A stretch of DNA of 41,106 bases from Phycisphaerae bacterium (GTDB lineage: Bacteria; Planctomycetota; Phycisphaerae; Sedimentisphaerales; Anaerobacaceae): contig JAOUFU010000001.1 in the NCBI GenBank assembly GCA_029858035.1, forward strand, positions 1 to 41,106, read 5' to 3'. The notes under the pieces were generated by a model that worked only from the letters and a program-made list of their open reading frames with translations, did not search any database and had not been told where the DNA came from. Position numbers and translations under genes: made by a program. Each line of letters begins with the position of its first letter. Positions within the stretch are counted from its first letter, which is position 1. Below are positions 1 to 8,987 of this stretch, one piece after another.

Positions 1-1093
1 AACTCAACTTTGTTTGCCACACGCCACCGGCATCCACTTTCTGCATCGGCGTCTCTTCCGGCTGCCAACTATTAAAGTCCCCCGCTACCTGGACGCTCTC
101 GGCGCGCGGATACAGTGTAACGAATACTACAGCATCATTCATCTGATTGACGCCATAATAGTCGGAAAGCTTGACATCGATATCAGCCGACTCCGGTCTT
201 TCATTCATCGGAGCCTGCACAGTCTTGATGGCGGGCTTAGCTGCCTGCAACAACTCATCCGCGGTGACACTCATGGATTCGAGCTGGTCAGTCAGGGATC
301 TGACGACTTCCCGGCGTTGTTGCCTGGCCTCAGAGTCAATAACTTCTTGCGCGAGTAAGCGAAAATCCCTCTGGCCCCTGCTGGCAGAATCGTATTCACC
401 GATGGGTTGGCCGAAACTGGCCGCTTCCTTTATCTTAGTATTGAAATTAACGATTGTTTCGAACATCTTATCGGCGAAGTGCTTTCGCAATTCTGCCAAA
501 ACCTCCCTTGCCATCTTCGTTCTTATATCATACATACTGGCCAGGACCCTAACATCCACCTGCTGGCTACATCGTTCGCAGAGTATATTCAGGGTCTCGA
601 GCTGTTTGCTGAGCCCATGCAGCGCAAAGTACCCGGTCTCGACAGGGACAATAACATCGGTAGCGGCCCTTAGAGCATTGAAGGTCAACAGGCTGACGGC
701 CGGGGGACAATCAATGATTGCGTATTCATACTCACCCTTCATTTCGACCAAGACATTTTTCAAACAACCCTCACACTCAGCAATACCAGCCATTTGCTGC
801 TCGAATGCAGACAGGTCTATACTGGCCGGTGCCAGCTCCAACCTATCGCTAATCTGCCACAATATTTCTGTCAGCTTTATTGGTTCATTTCTACTTTTGC
901 TTATCAGCACATCGTAGATGCTTTGTTCAATCTGCTCTTCGGGCACGGCAAGACCGACTGCGCAATGTGACTGCGGATCCATATCAACCAGCAAGGTCTT
1001 CTGGCCTGCTTCAGCAAGCGCGCTTGCCAGGTTTATTGATATCGTTGTCTTGCCACAACCACCTTTCTGATTAACAACCGCGATAGTTCTCAT
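1..1093 (-). CDS. ParA/MinD-family P-loop ATPase fused to a C-terminal CBM48-like (AMPK-beta / isoamylase-N type) carbohydrate-binding domain; C-terminus runs off the window
   Basis: My own translation of the minus strand from ATG 1093-1091 (RBS AAAGAGG upstream) stays open to nt 1. That is 364 codons with no stop, which explains its absence from the ORF track. N-terminus is MRTIAVVNQKGGCGKTTISINLASALAEAGQKTLLVDMDPQ with the deviant Walker A KGGxGKT; YAIIDCPPA is Walker B-like. A Q/E/R-rich linker follows, then VVFVTLYPRAESVQVAGDFNSWQPEETPMQKVDAGGVWQTKLS, the GDFNxW signature of CBM48/E-set glycogen-binding modules. Plus-strand ORFs 14..358, 171..917 and 407..673 are antisense shadows. Confidence 0.8.
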   Translation of the reverse strand, partial: MRTIAVVNQKGGCGKTTISINLASALAEAGQKTLLVDMDPQSHCAVGLAVPEEQIEQSIYDVLISKSRNEPIKLTEILWQISDRLELAPASIDLSAFEQQMAGIAECEGCLKNVLVEMKGEYEYAIIDCPPAVSLLTFNALRAATDVIVPVETGYFALHGLSKQLETLNILCERCSQQVDVRVLASMYDIRTKMAREVLAELRKHFADKMFETIVNFNTKIKEAASFGQPIGEYDSASRGQRDFRLLAQEVIDSEARQQRREVVRSLTDQLESMSVTADELLQAAKPAIKTVQAPMNERPESADIDVKLSDYYGVNQMNDAVVFVTLYPRAESVQVAGDFNSWQPEETPMQKVDAGGVWQTKLS

Positions 1094-1601
1094 ATAATAC
1101 CTCTTTCAGCCTTGGAAAAAGGGCTGCCATTTTGCCTATATTGCAAAATAGGATTTCAACCCAATTTATTGTAAAAATGCCACTTTCAGTACTAAAAACA
1201 GTTGACTACTTATCTATTTTATTCGGCAAAGAAATGAGAAAAACTTTATGTTTTTATGGGACGAGCCGATAAAAACCCTAAGGAATTAACGACACGAAAA
1301 AGACTCCTTTTCCGCTTCATTGAACTAACAAGGCATAAAAAGTGGTGTTGAATATGCGATTTTAACACTGTTTTGTACATTTTTGCTGTCAAATCGACTT
1401 TTTTATGCAAAGATTGAAGGATTCGCCAATAGAATCCTTACAAAGGCCAAGAATTACACTTTGTGTAACTATACCCTGGAAGGCCAATATTGAAAGGCAA
1501 GCTGGCTTTTGTTGACCGGCCAACAAAAGCTCGATACCAAACCAAAACCGAATCCCCATCAGCACGAACAGCACTTGGATCGGTTTTGAAGTCCCCATCA
1601 G

Positions 1602-1643
1602 TAAAAAGAGTGTGCCGCTTGGTTGGTGATAACCGAGCGGCAC
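1602..1643 (-). terminator. Intrinsic terminator downstream of hsp20
   Basis: The minus strand reads GTGCCGCTcGG-ttatcaccaa-CCaAGCGGCAC followed by ACTCTTTTTAC. This is an 8+2 bp stem followed by a T-run, about 30 nt after the hsp20 stop codon. Confidence 0.6.
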
Positions 1644-1671
1644 TTTATCTCAATTTATTCGCTCAAGCTTA

Positions 1672-2115
1672 TTATCCTTTAACCTTGACCTTGATTGCCC
1701 TGGACTTTTCAGCTTTGGGCAGAGTTATTGTGAGAACGCCATCTTTGCACATTGCTTCTATCTTATCAGAAGCAATATCACTTCCCAGATTCAGGTCACG
1801 TCTGAAGCTGCCAAAGGACCGCTCGACATGGTAATAACCTTTCTCCTTCTTCTCCTCTTCCTGCTTTTTTACTCCGCTGATAGTCAAGGTATTGCCGTGA
1901 ACGGAAATATCAATATCATCAGCTTTGCAGCCCGGGACTTCGGCCTTCACAAAAATCTCATCCTTCTCTTCAGCAATATCGATGACAGGCCAAGCCTTAT
2001 ATCCCACAAACGGCTTATCCAGCCCTCTGAAGAAACTATCAAACAAATCGTCCATCTCATTGTGAAGATTCGCCAAATTGTTTCTATGTCCTCTGTGTAA
2101 ATGTACCAGTGTCAT
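1672..2115 (-). CDS. Small heat-shock protein, Hsp20/alpha-crystallin family
   Basis: 147 aa with an alpha-crystallin domain: PVIDIAEEKDEIFVKAEVPGCKADDIDISVHGNTLTISGVKK...YHVERSFGSFRRDLNLG...IEAMCKDGVLTITLPK. A strong RBS (AAAGGAGGTG) sits immediately upstream of the ATG. Confidence 0.92.
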   Translation of the reverse strand: MTLVHLHRGHRNNLANLHNEMDDLFDSFFRGLDKPFVGYKAWPVIDIAEEKDEIFVKAEVPGCKADDIDISVHGNTLTISGVKKQEEEKKEKGYYHVERSFGSFRRDLNLGSDIASDKIEAMCKDGVLTITLPKAEKSRAIKVKVKG

Positions 2116-2414
2116 AATAACACCTCCTTTTCTTCTAAATAGCTATTTTTCGAATTAACTTAACCACTACAATAATTTGCAAACGACGTGCCAAACCGCT
2201 GAAAAGTGATAAGTACTCAAAAAAAGTGGGTATCGAACTCTTGGAGGCTGCCATCCATATTTACTGGCTGTCAAATTGGCATTTTTAAGCCAAAAAGACG
2301 CTATTGTTGTTTACCATACAAAGAAATGTGTACTTGCCGGGCCCATTCGATGCAAAGCTCAGAGTTTGATGAGCCAGAGTTAGCAAAGTGCATATCAAAA
2401 CCATAGCCATCAAG

Positions 2415-5400
2415 TTAATCCACTTTCTCATAAGCATTAGGAATCCGTTTCTTACTTTTGACGTCCACTATTTGGCTTGGCGAACGCGTCGAAGTGGAAT
2501 GGTTCTGAGAATCGGTGCTCAGCCCAGAGCCATACTTTTCTTTCAATATCCCTTTTTTCTGATAGCACTGCTCGGTAAAGACGGCTATCTCTGCATCCAA
2601 GTTTGGATTGGGCGAATCACCAAAGAAAGCATGGATAATCGGGAAGACCAAGTCTGATTTTCTTTTCCTCAATTCTTTTGCCATTGCCTCTATTTTGGCC
2701 GTTGCGACTCCCTCCTGCATACATGTGAAAGGCCCAACGTGAAATATCCCCGAAATGTAAGCATCTCCCCTGGGCTTAATTAAGTCGTGCATAAAGTAGT
2801 AGGTAATTCCGGTGCTTAACGGGGATTCTCCTTCAATATTTCCGTGGAACTTGTGGTTCTTTTCCAAAGTTCCAATGATCTCCATGGGCTGAGGAAGGCA
2901 GTGTCTGCCATGAAGAACTTCATGAAACGGCTGGGCAATTTTGTCAGCTATACGAGACATGTATGTTCCTTTGAGGAACGAATTGAAGAGTTTTCCGGTT
3001 TCGTTCCATGCTTCGGCCAAATCCCAGTTTTTGACAGCCAGCCTTATATCTCTTCTCGAGTTTCTCCGGTTCATCTGATTTACATACAGCAGCCAATCAG
3101 TGATGGGGTCTCTAACCATTTCCAACTGTTTTTCTTCCAATTTCTGGATCACAAAGTTGGTATAAGGGTCGTGCTGTCTCATGTATATCTCGCCAATATA
3201 AAGAACGAGAGGGAATCTGTCTTTATCTCGTAGTTTGGCTTGAGTAAATCGTGATACAGTCTCTTTGCCCCACTCTATCAGGTCTGCGGTTTCTGCACCC
3301 TTTTCAATAACTTCTCCTAATACGAGGAGCCTTTCTTCTTTCAAGTCCGTAATTTGCTGCTTATCTTCAGCATATGGCCGAAATCTAAGGGTTATGTCTT
3401 CCAACAGGTCTGAGGCGTTAATCCCCTTAAAAAGAACCTTCTGGACCTTGAGCTTGTTCGATGCGCCAACCCTCTCCGGTACGGGTATATCGAAATAATC
3501 GTTTTCTGAGGAAGGGCCTGCTATAGGGATCATCTGTAGACCTTCACGGTCCATAAATATTCGCAGTGCTTCGACGTATTTGCCGAATCTGCAAGGACCG
3601 CTTGTCGTAGGCAGCATAACAAGGTAATTCTCTTCGACGTACTGCCTGCCTTTCTTTTCGATCTGCTCACTCAGGAAGCCAAGGGCATCTCCTACGACGC
3701 CTTTTAGAGGGTGGCATACTTCGGTATGGATATGTTTTCTGGCTATTTCATAGCCTCTCTGCGTATTAGTTGGCAAGACTTCGCCGTCGATTCCAAAATG
3801 CTTGAGCGCTGAGACCGCGACGTGGGCAGCATCTCCCATGTAAGGTACGAGCCAGATTCTTTGGTCATTGTTGTCCGTGGAATATTTGCTTGGCCGTAAG
3901 CTCTCGATTCTTACCTTTTCAGGTTTGGTTTGATTTACAACTCTTTCATGGGCTTCAGTTCTTGTTATGAATGGCGCATTATTAGTCTGAGCATCGGTTA
4001 ACAATGTAAGCAAGGGCTTGCCCGCGGCTTCCTGAATCTGTTCTTCCTGGTAAATTTTTAAACTATCCGGCCCACAGGCAAAATTCATCATCCTTATGGG
4101 GAACAGATTGGTATGGCCAGCGACAAACAAGTTCGCTTTAAGAATCTTGACGCTCTGAATCCAGAATTCGTTGTCCGCCACGCCATCAATAGGAATATGT
4201 TCAAATCTATGTTCCAAAAAGATCTGCGGAATATAGTGCAAACCCCTGACTTGTGAAAACATAACGCCCGAGTTTGAGCTTGCTTCAGGATCGAGCAAAA
4301 CATAGTCGCGTCCAATACCAACATAGGCTTTTTCGTTACCTTCTTCGATTCTTTTTAAAAATTTATCACCCTCTTCATAAATTTCTTTTTTGAATTCCTT
4401 CTCCGCCTTGTCCGCATATCTTAAAGAATCTCTAATCTCTTTATCTGAAAATCTGAAGTTGAGTCTCTTAAATTCTTCCTGAAGAGAATGAACAAGAAGA
4501 TTTTCATCCCCAAAATGCAAAATAGGATTGATTTGTTTATCTTCGTCGAGAGAAAGAACATCGTTTAAAATATAACCTTCCGATTCTGTATAAATACAAT
4601 ATTTTAAATCAGGAGGATGATCCATTCTGAGCTCAATGAAACTTGGATTAAACAAATAGTCTATCTTTGGGTTTTCATTCAACACCGCTACATGCCCCGT
4701 TACCAACTTTCTTGCTATACAGAAGTCTGTTCTTGAGTTGTCGATGCCAATTTTTGCTATCTCTTTGTTGCTTTTCGGTGATACTATAGGATGAAAACCG
4801 AGCTTTTTGAATAAAGCGGCACTCCAAATGCCTTTCTCTCCGAGCGTTGCGGTGCTCCTTTTGATGCCCACGGTTCTTGTTGTTTTTTTATCTATCTCCG
4901 CAGAAAAATCTTCTTCTAATAAGTTCCCCTGCCTTTTGAAATGTCTCTCATATATTTTGTGGTATTTATCCACATAATTTGTTTTTGGTTTTCCCGCCGA
5001 CTCAGAATCTCCTTTGGGACAAAAGCCTCCTGTAACGATTCTATCGGCCTCAATGGAAAATATCTCGAGTTGACAGTCTCTTACGCCGCAGGATTTTTCT
5101 TTAAACAGCGCCCTGCAAGAAATTTTTTCTTTTTCAAAGGACATATCCACCAAATTCCAACCCCTAAAGGCAGACTCGCACCTCTTATTTTGTTCCTCCA
5201 ATTGTTTTATGTTCTCAATGATATCTAACGCCTGGCCCCATGCACCGAACATTTCCCTATGAGGAAATGCCTCTATTTGTTTGTCCGTTACTTGCGCAAG
5301 AGCAGCAAGAAAAGCTTTTCCTAATGGGGGGCCGCCCTGGGCAGAACATTTCTCTCCGACATGTTGCGAGCCACCTACGAATTTATAATAATAGCTCTCG

Positions 5401-7124
5401 GCAGTTCCCCTTATTATCGCCGCGGCTATTTCCTCTTTACTGAAGCCCTCCGCGATCAACCTGTTTTCATCCATTTCCATGAAAACGCCGCAAGTTGCAT
5501 CAATTACCGGAATCCTGTCAGCTTTTAAGGCATATTCCTGTAAGGAATTCTCTACATTCAAATCTATAATGTCAGCCATGTTTTCCAGCGTCTGGCCGGA
5601 ACCTGCCTGACAACTATAATTCATCTTTGCCTCTTTAACCACGCCGTTGGAAAAACTCGTGAACTTCATATCCTGGCCGCCTATTTCAAAAATAGTATCA
5701 ATATCAGAATCATAGTGTTTAACGCCCAGAGCATGGCAGGTAATTTCATCAGTTACTCTATCTGCGAGCTCTATCCCTTTGCTCGTCAGCTCTTCAGATT
5801 TTTTCTTGCTAATTAAAATCTTTTGATACAGCTTTCTCGCAGAACCAGTAGCACCAACTCCCCTCACAACCACCTCGTCTTTATGTCTGCTTAAGTATTT
5901 TATAACACGTTTTAATGAGCTTTCCGGATTACCATGAGTTTTAATATAGATTTTGTCAAGAAGCTGCCCTTTTAAATCAACTAAAGCGCCTTTTGTTGTT
6001 GTACTTCCCCCGTCTATTCCCAATACGACCTCTGTTCCTTTTTCTATATTTTCCGCGATATTCTTAGATTTGTCATTTACCTTTTCAAGATAGCCGGATA
6101 GAGGTGAAGCAAATTGTCTTTTTCCTCGACCATGCTCAGCAACTTTTTTAAGCTCTCCAAGATTGAAGGCGAAACTGTTGTTTTCCTCTATTCCCTTTAG
6201 CGCTGCTCCTATTGCTGCGATATTGTGAAAATGTTCCGGCCTCGTTATAGCAATGCCAAGAGATGTTTCCAGGTTTCTTCTGATAAGGTCATTACTGAAA
6301 ACGCATCCAGTTGCTATCGCGGTATTAGACTTCTCGGTACAAAATTCTCTTGTTCCAAGGACGTCGATCTTGTAATTCCTTGCCACTGTTTTGAAAAGTC
6401 CCGCCAAATTATCCTCTCTTTTTGCGCCTTCGTTCTGTTTGTGGATTAAATCAGATTGAATAACAACACCGCATCTGGCCAAGAACTCGCTAGGTTCTTT
6501 TGAGCTTTCCGCCTCTTTCACCGCGATGGAAAAGATTTGTTCCAATCTTGATTGTAACTTTCGCCTGTTTTTGATTCCGGCCTCGTGCCTTTCGCTCTCA
6601 TCCCCAATTGTTTGGGTTTTTTTAAGTTCAGGATTTGGGATTTCACCTTCAAACAACCTTCTGCATTGCTTCTCTATTAATATCCCAGAACCACCACCGC
6701 ATTTGGTTCCAGTTCTCCACTCCTGAATAATCTTTTCATGATTTATTTCTTTCACATTAAAAAAGTATGCGTCTTTTGCTCCTATATGGAATATAAATTG
6801 CGCCTCCGGACTAACTAACCCTACTCCCTTTGGAATGGTTACACTATCATAGTCGTAAATTAAACCCTCCATAACGCTTGGGAAAGACTCGGCATTGCTG
6901 CCTGTAACTGATGTGTTTTTTATCCTGCTCTCGCTGAACTTTTGCGTTATGTCCTCCCAAGCCTCTTTTATCGCTCCAACGGGATCAGCGAAATGCATTA
7001 TTGGTTTTGGGGAGTACCTTATTTTTTTATCTTCCCCAAGGACTACATAGTGCACAGAACTGCTACCAACATCAAGGCCGACAAAAAGGTTCTTAGCTGA
7101 TTCTTTCATTCCTTTTTTATCCAT
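2415..7124 (-). CDS. Giant CoA-substrate-specific enzyme activase-type fusion (two BadF/BadG/BcrA/BcrD ASKHA ATPase modules plus DUF2229-like dehydratase-related C-terminal halves)
   Basis: The ORF track gives 1592 aa from 7193. I prefer ATG 7124 (MDKKGMKES..., RBS GAAGGA 7 nt upstream), which gives 1569 aa. Two actin-fold phosphate-1 motifs are present: FVGLDVGSSSVHYVV and VLGIDGGSTTTKGALVD, the latter being the classical BcrAD_BadFG GIDGGSTxTK. The long Cys-containing C-terminal part is typical of the 1400-1600 aa 'CoA enzyme activase' proteins of anaerobes. Confidence 0.8.
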   Translation of the reverse strand: MDKKGMKESAKNLFVGLDVGSSSVHYVVLGEDKKIRYSPKPIMHFADPVGAIKEAWEDITQKFSESRIKNTSVTGSNAESFPSVMEGLIYDYDSVTIPKGVGLVSPEAQFIFHIGAKDAYFFNVKEINHEKIIQEWRTGTKCGGGSGILIEKQCRRLFEGEIPNPELKKTQTIGDESERHEAGIKNRRKLQSRLEQIFSIAVKEAESSKEPSEFLARCGVVIQSDLIHKQNEGAKREDNLAGLFKTVARNYKIDVLGTREFCTEKSNTAIATGCVFSNDLIRRNLETSLGIAITRPEHFHNIAAIGAALKGIEENNSFAFNLGELKKVAEHGRGKRQFASPLSGYLEKVNDKSKNIAENIEKGTEVVLGIDGGSTTTKGALVDLKGQLLDKIYIKTHGNPESSLKRVIKYLSRHKDEVVVRGVGATGSARKLYQKILISKKKSEELTSKGIELADRVTDEITCHALGVKHYDSDIDTIFEIGGQDMKFTSFSNGVVKEAKMNYSCQAGSGQTLENMADIIDLNVENSLQEYALKADRIPVIDATCGVFMEMDENRLIAEGFSKEEIAAAIIRGTAESYYYKFVGGSQHVGEKCSAQGGPPLGKAFLAALAQVTDKQIEAFPHREMFGAWGQALDIIENIKQLEEQNKRCESAFRGWNLVDMSFEKEKISCRALFKEKSCGVRDCQLEIFSIEADRIVTGGFCPKGDSESAGKPKTNYVDKYHKIYERHFKRQGNLLEEDFSAEIDKKTTRTVGIKRSTATLGEKGIWSAALFKKLGFHPIVSPKSNKEIAKIGIDNSRTDFCIARKLVTGHVAVLNENPKIDYLFNPSFIELRMDHPPDLKYCIYTESEGYILNDVLSLDEDKQINPILHFGDENLLVHSLQEEFKRLNFRFSDKEIRDSLRYADKAEKEFKKEIYEEGDKFLKRIEEGNEKAYVGIGRDYVLLDPEASSNSGVMFSQVRGLHYIPQIFLEHRFEHIPIDGVADNEFWIQSVKILKANLFVAGHTNLFPIRMMNFACGPDSLKIYQEEQIQEAAGKPLLTLLTDAQTNNAPFITRTEAHERVVNQTKPEKVRIESLRPSKYSTDNNDQRIWLVPYMGDAAHVAVSALKHFGIDGEVLPTNTQRGYEIARKHIHTEVCHPLKGVVGDALGFLSEQIEKKGRQYVEENYLVMLPTTSGPCRFGKYVEALRIFMDREGLQMIPIAGPSSENDYFDIPVPERVGASNKLKVQKVLFKGINASDLLEDITLRFRPYAEDKQQITDLKEERLLVLGEVIEKGAETADLIEWGKETVSRFTQAKLRDKDRFPLVLYIGEIYMRQHDPYTNFVIQKLEEKQLEMVRDPITDWLLYVNQMNRRNSRRDIRLAVKNWDLAEAWNETGKLFNSFLKGTYMSRIADKIAQPFHEVLHGRHCLPQPMEIIGTLEKNHKFHGNIEGESPLSTGITYYFMHDLIKPRGDAYISGIFHVGPFTCMQEGVATAKIEAMAKELRKRKSDLVFPIIHAFFGDSPNPNLDAEIAVFTEQCYQKKGILKEKYGSGLSTDSQNHSTSTRSPSQIVDVKSKKRIPNAYEKVD

Positions 7125-7936
7125 CTCTTTTCCTTCTGTCCTTTCACCATCAAAAGCCGGTGTTTCTACCGCGGCAACTCTTAGCACCGCCAACTCAACG
7201 GCCCACGATAAGGGCTACCCACCGAAGAAGACCGGCACAATGGCTGTCGGGCAAGGAAGTGATTGGGCTGGAAACCATCATGCATTTGCCGCCGAGTTGC
7301 TTTTGGCAACCTACAATCAAAACAACAGTAACCATACAAAGCAATTTTGCGACACCTCTTACGCCCATAACACAATGGCTTGGGGTGGTACCCAATCACC
7401 TGAATCAGCGCTGCTGATTTCGACGGTATCTTTCTATCTGTGCCCGCCTACCAAATATCACCTTCTTGCAGATAACCACAATTGCAGACAACTTACCTAA
7501 TAAAACAGAAAAAGCAAGGACTAAATCTCAACAACCCTGTTCGCCAAAGTAATTAACCTGTTAACAAAGATGTTGAACCCTACAACAACTAACAACGACA
7601 TTATAAAATATTTATCCCCGTCAATTCTACCAGAAAAAGAAGTAAATAATCCAACCGATTCCTAACAAACAAAGGTAAACAGTTACCCTCTTTAACTTCT
7701 TTCCACATAATCTTTTAGGATCTCTCGTACAAGAAATATAACAAGTTAACCACGCATACTAATACTTATACTAAATTTAGTTTATCAATAAGATAATCGT
7801 TTTTCCAACTTTTCACAAAGCTCCTCTGGCTATCCTAAGTTTATTGTTTAGCTAAAGATAGCTGAGTAGCCAGACCCTTCTTTCGATTAGACTTTTGGCA
7901 AAAAGAACTCGCGTAGAAATTGTCGTAGAAAAAGCA

Positions 7937-7964
7937 TTGCATTCAACATTTTGTAGGTTATACT
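7937..7964 (+). promoter_or_regulatory. Candidate sigma70-type promoter for the ribokinase-like gene
   Basis: TTGCAT (7937-7942), a 16-nt spacer, then TATACT (7959-7964), about 25 nt upstream of the ATG at 7990. Pattern match only. Confidence 0.25.
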
Positions 7965-7989
7965 TAATCATTGAAAGGAATTTTTGAGG

Positions 7990-8949
7990 ATGTTAGAAAG
8001 GATTCCTAAAGTAGTTGTGGTTGGTGGCACATATGTTGATATGGCAATAAAGTGTCGCCAAATCCCACCTCCGGGGCGGAGCGTTTCCGGCTCTGCTCTC
8101 TCATATACAACCACTGGACCAGGGCCAAACCAAGCGATGGAAGCCGCCCTGTGTGGCTGCGAGGTGTATCTCATCAGCAAGGTCGGCGGCGATACATTTG
8201 CTCAGATGGCCAAGGAAACTCTGGCGGAGTTCAACGTTAATATTGACTTCGTCTATAGCGCCGAAGCCAAGAATACAGGCGTCATCGTAACGCTGGTCAA
8301 TTCCGCAGGTGAGAACGCCAGTTGTGTATATACGGGTGCCAATAGTGCTTTACGTTCACAGGAAATCAATGCGGCGGAGCAGGTTATATCGGAGGCTGAT
8401 GTTTGCCTAGTTCACGGCAGATTGCCGCATAAAGCGATTGTAAGAGCGATTCGTTGCGCAAAACTGCACAATACGAAGATAATTCTCAACCCTGCGAGAC
8501 CTATCGAGCAGCCCAACCAAACGAGCGGCGAGTTACCCATTGAGTATTTCTCAGTTGACATCCTTATCCCCAATCTTTATGAGGCAGCTGATATCACCGA
8601 TCAATCTGATGCAGGCATCCGAACGGCAAAGCTGATCGGAAGTGATCTGGTAGCTAGGGGCGTTAACTGCGCGGTTATCACTATGGGTAAGCGCGGCTGT
8701 ATGGTTGTTGACAGAAGTAGTGCTGACCACATCCCTGCTTTTGAAGTTGAACTTGTTGACCAAACCTGCAGAGGGGATGCCTTTGCCGGAGCACTTGCCG
8801 CTTATTGCGCCGTAAAGGACGATGTTAGAGAAGCAGTAAAATTCGCCTCTGCAGCGGGAGCATTGGCCTGTACGAAATTCGGCTCAACAGAAGCCCTGCC
8901 TACGAAAGCTGAGATTATTGAACTCCTGCAGAAAGAAGAAATGGGGTGA
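7990..8949 (+). CDS. PfkB-family carbohydrate kinase, ribokinase-like
   Basis: The protein is colinear with ribokinases over its whole length: VVVVGGTYVDM, NTGVIVTLVNSAGENASCVYTGANSAL, ILIPNLYEA, AVITMGKRGC, VDQTCRGDAFAGALAAY (catalytic GD motif) and FASAAGALACTKFGSTEALP. ATG 7990 is preferred over the TTG at 7984 used by the ORF track. Confidence 0.8.
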   Translation: MLERIPKVVVVGGTYVDMAIKCRQIPPPGRSVSGSALSYTTTGPGPNQAMEAALCGCEVYLISKVGGDTFAQMAKETLAEFNVNIDFVYSAEAKNTGVIVTLVNSAGENASCVYTGANSALRSQEINAAEQVISEADVCLVHGRLPHKAIVRAIRCAKLHNTKIILNPARPIEQPNQTSGELPIEYFSVDILIPNLYEAADITDQSDAGIRTAKLIGSDLVARGVNCAVITMGKRGCMVVDRSSADHIPAFEVELVDQTCRGDAFAGALAAYCAVKDDVREAVKFASAAGALACTKFGSTEALPTKAEIIELLQKEEMG

Positions 8950-8987
8950 TTACATTTTACCCATACGACTCATCAAAGTCTACACGA

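Noticed and set aside
14-917. Plus-strand ORFs 14..358, 171..917 and 407..673.
   Set aside because: They are antisense shadows of the clearly homologous minus-strand ParA-CBM48 gene.
2116-2414. Heat-shock operator (CIRCE TTAGCACTC-N9-GAGTGCTAA) or a clear sigma32 promoter upstream of hsp20.
   Set aside because: Only a loose TTAGCAAAGTGC fragment is present, with no inverted partner. No convincing CTTGAAA/CCCCATNT pair with proper spacing was found on the minus strand.
7381-7426. TGGGGTGGTA...CTGATTTCGACGG resembles the 5' end of tmRNA (GGGGxxGA...GGATTCGACGG).
   Set aside because: No tRNA-like 3' end (T-arm GGTTCGAxTCC...CCACCA), no tag reading frame and no pseudoknot-rich body can be found within 400-500 nt downstream on either strand.
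7195-7470. Possible known riboswitch (cobalamin, FMN, TPP or SAM) in the leader of the activase gene.
   Set aside because: I could not find the conserved cores on either strand, for example the B12 box AGYCMGGAGACCKGCC, the FMN GGGUGAAAUUCC...AGUCCGGAUG core, or the TPP CUGAGA. It is kept only as a generic structured-RNA candidate.
7160-7500. Four overlapping 66-86 aa ORFs (7160..7417, 7181..7399, 7195..7395, 7240..7500).
   Set aside because: They are mutually overlapping in different frames and strands, have no RBS, show odd composition (Cys/Arg/Trp-rich or low complexity), and carry no recognisable motif.
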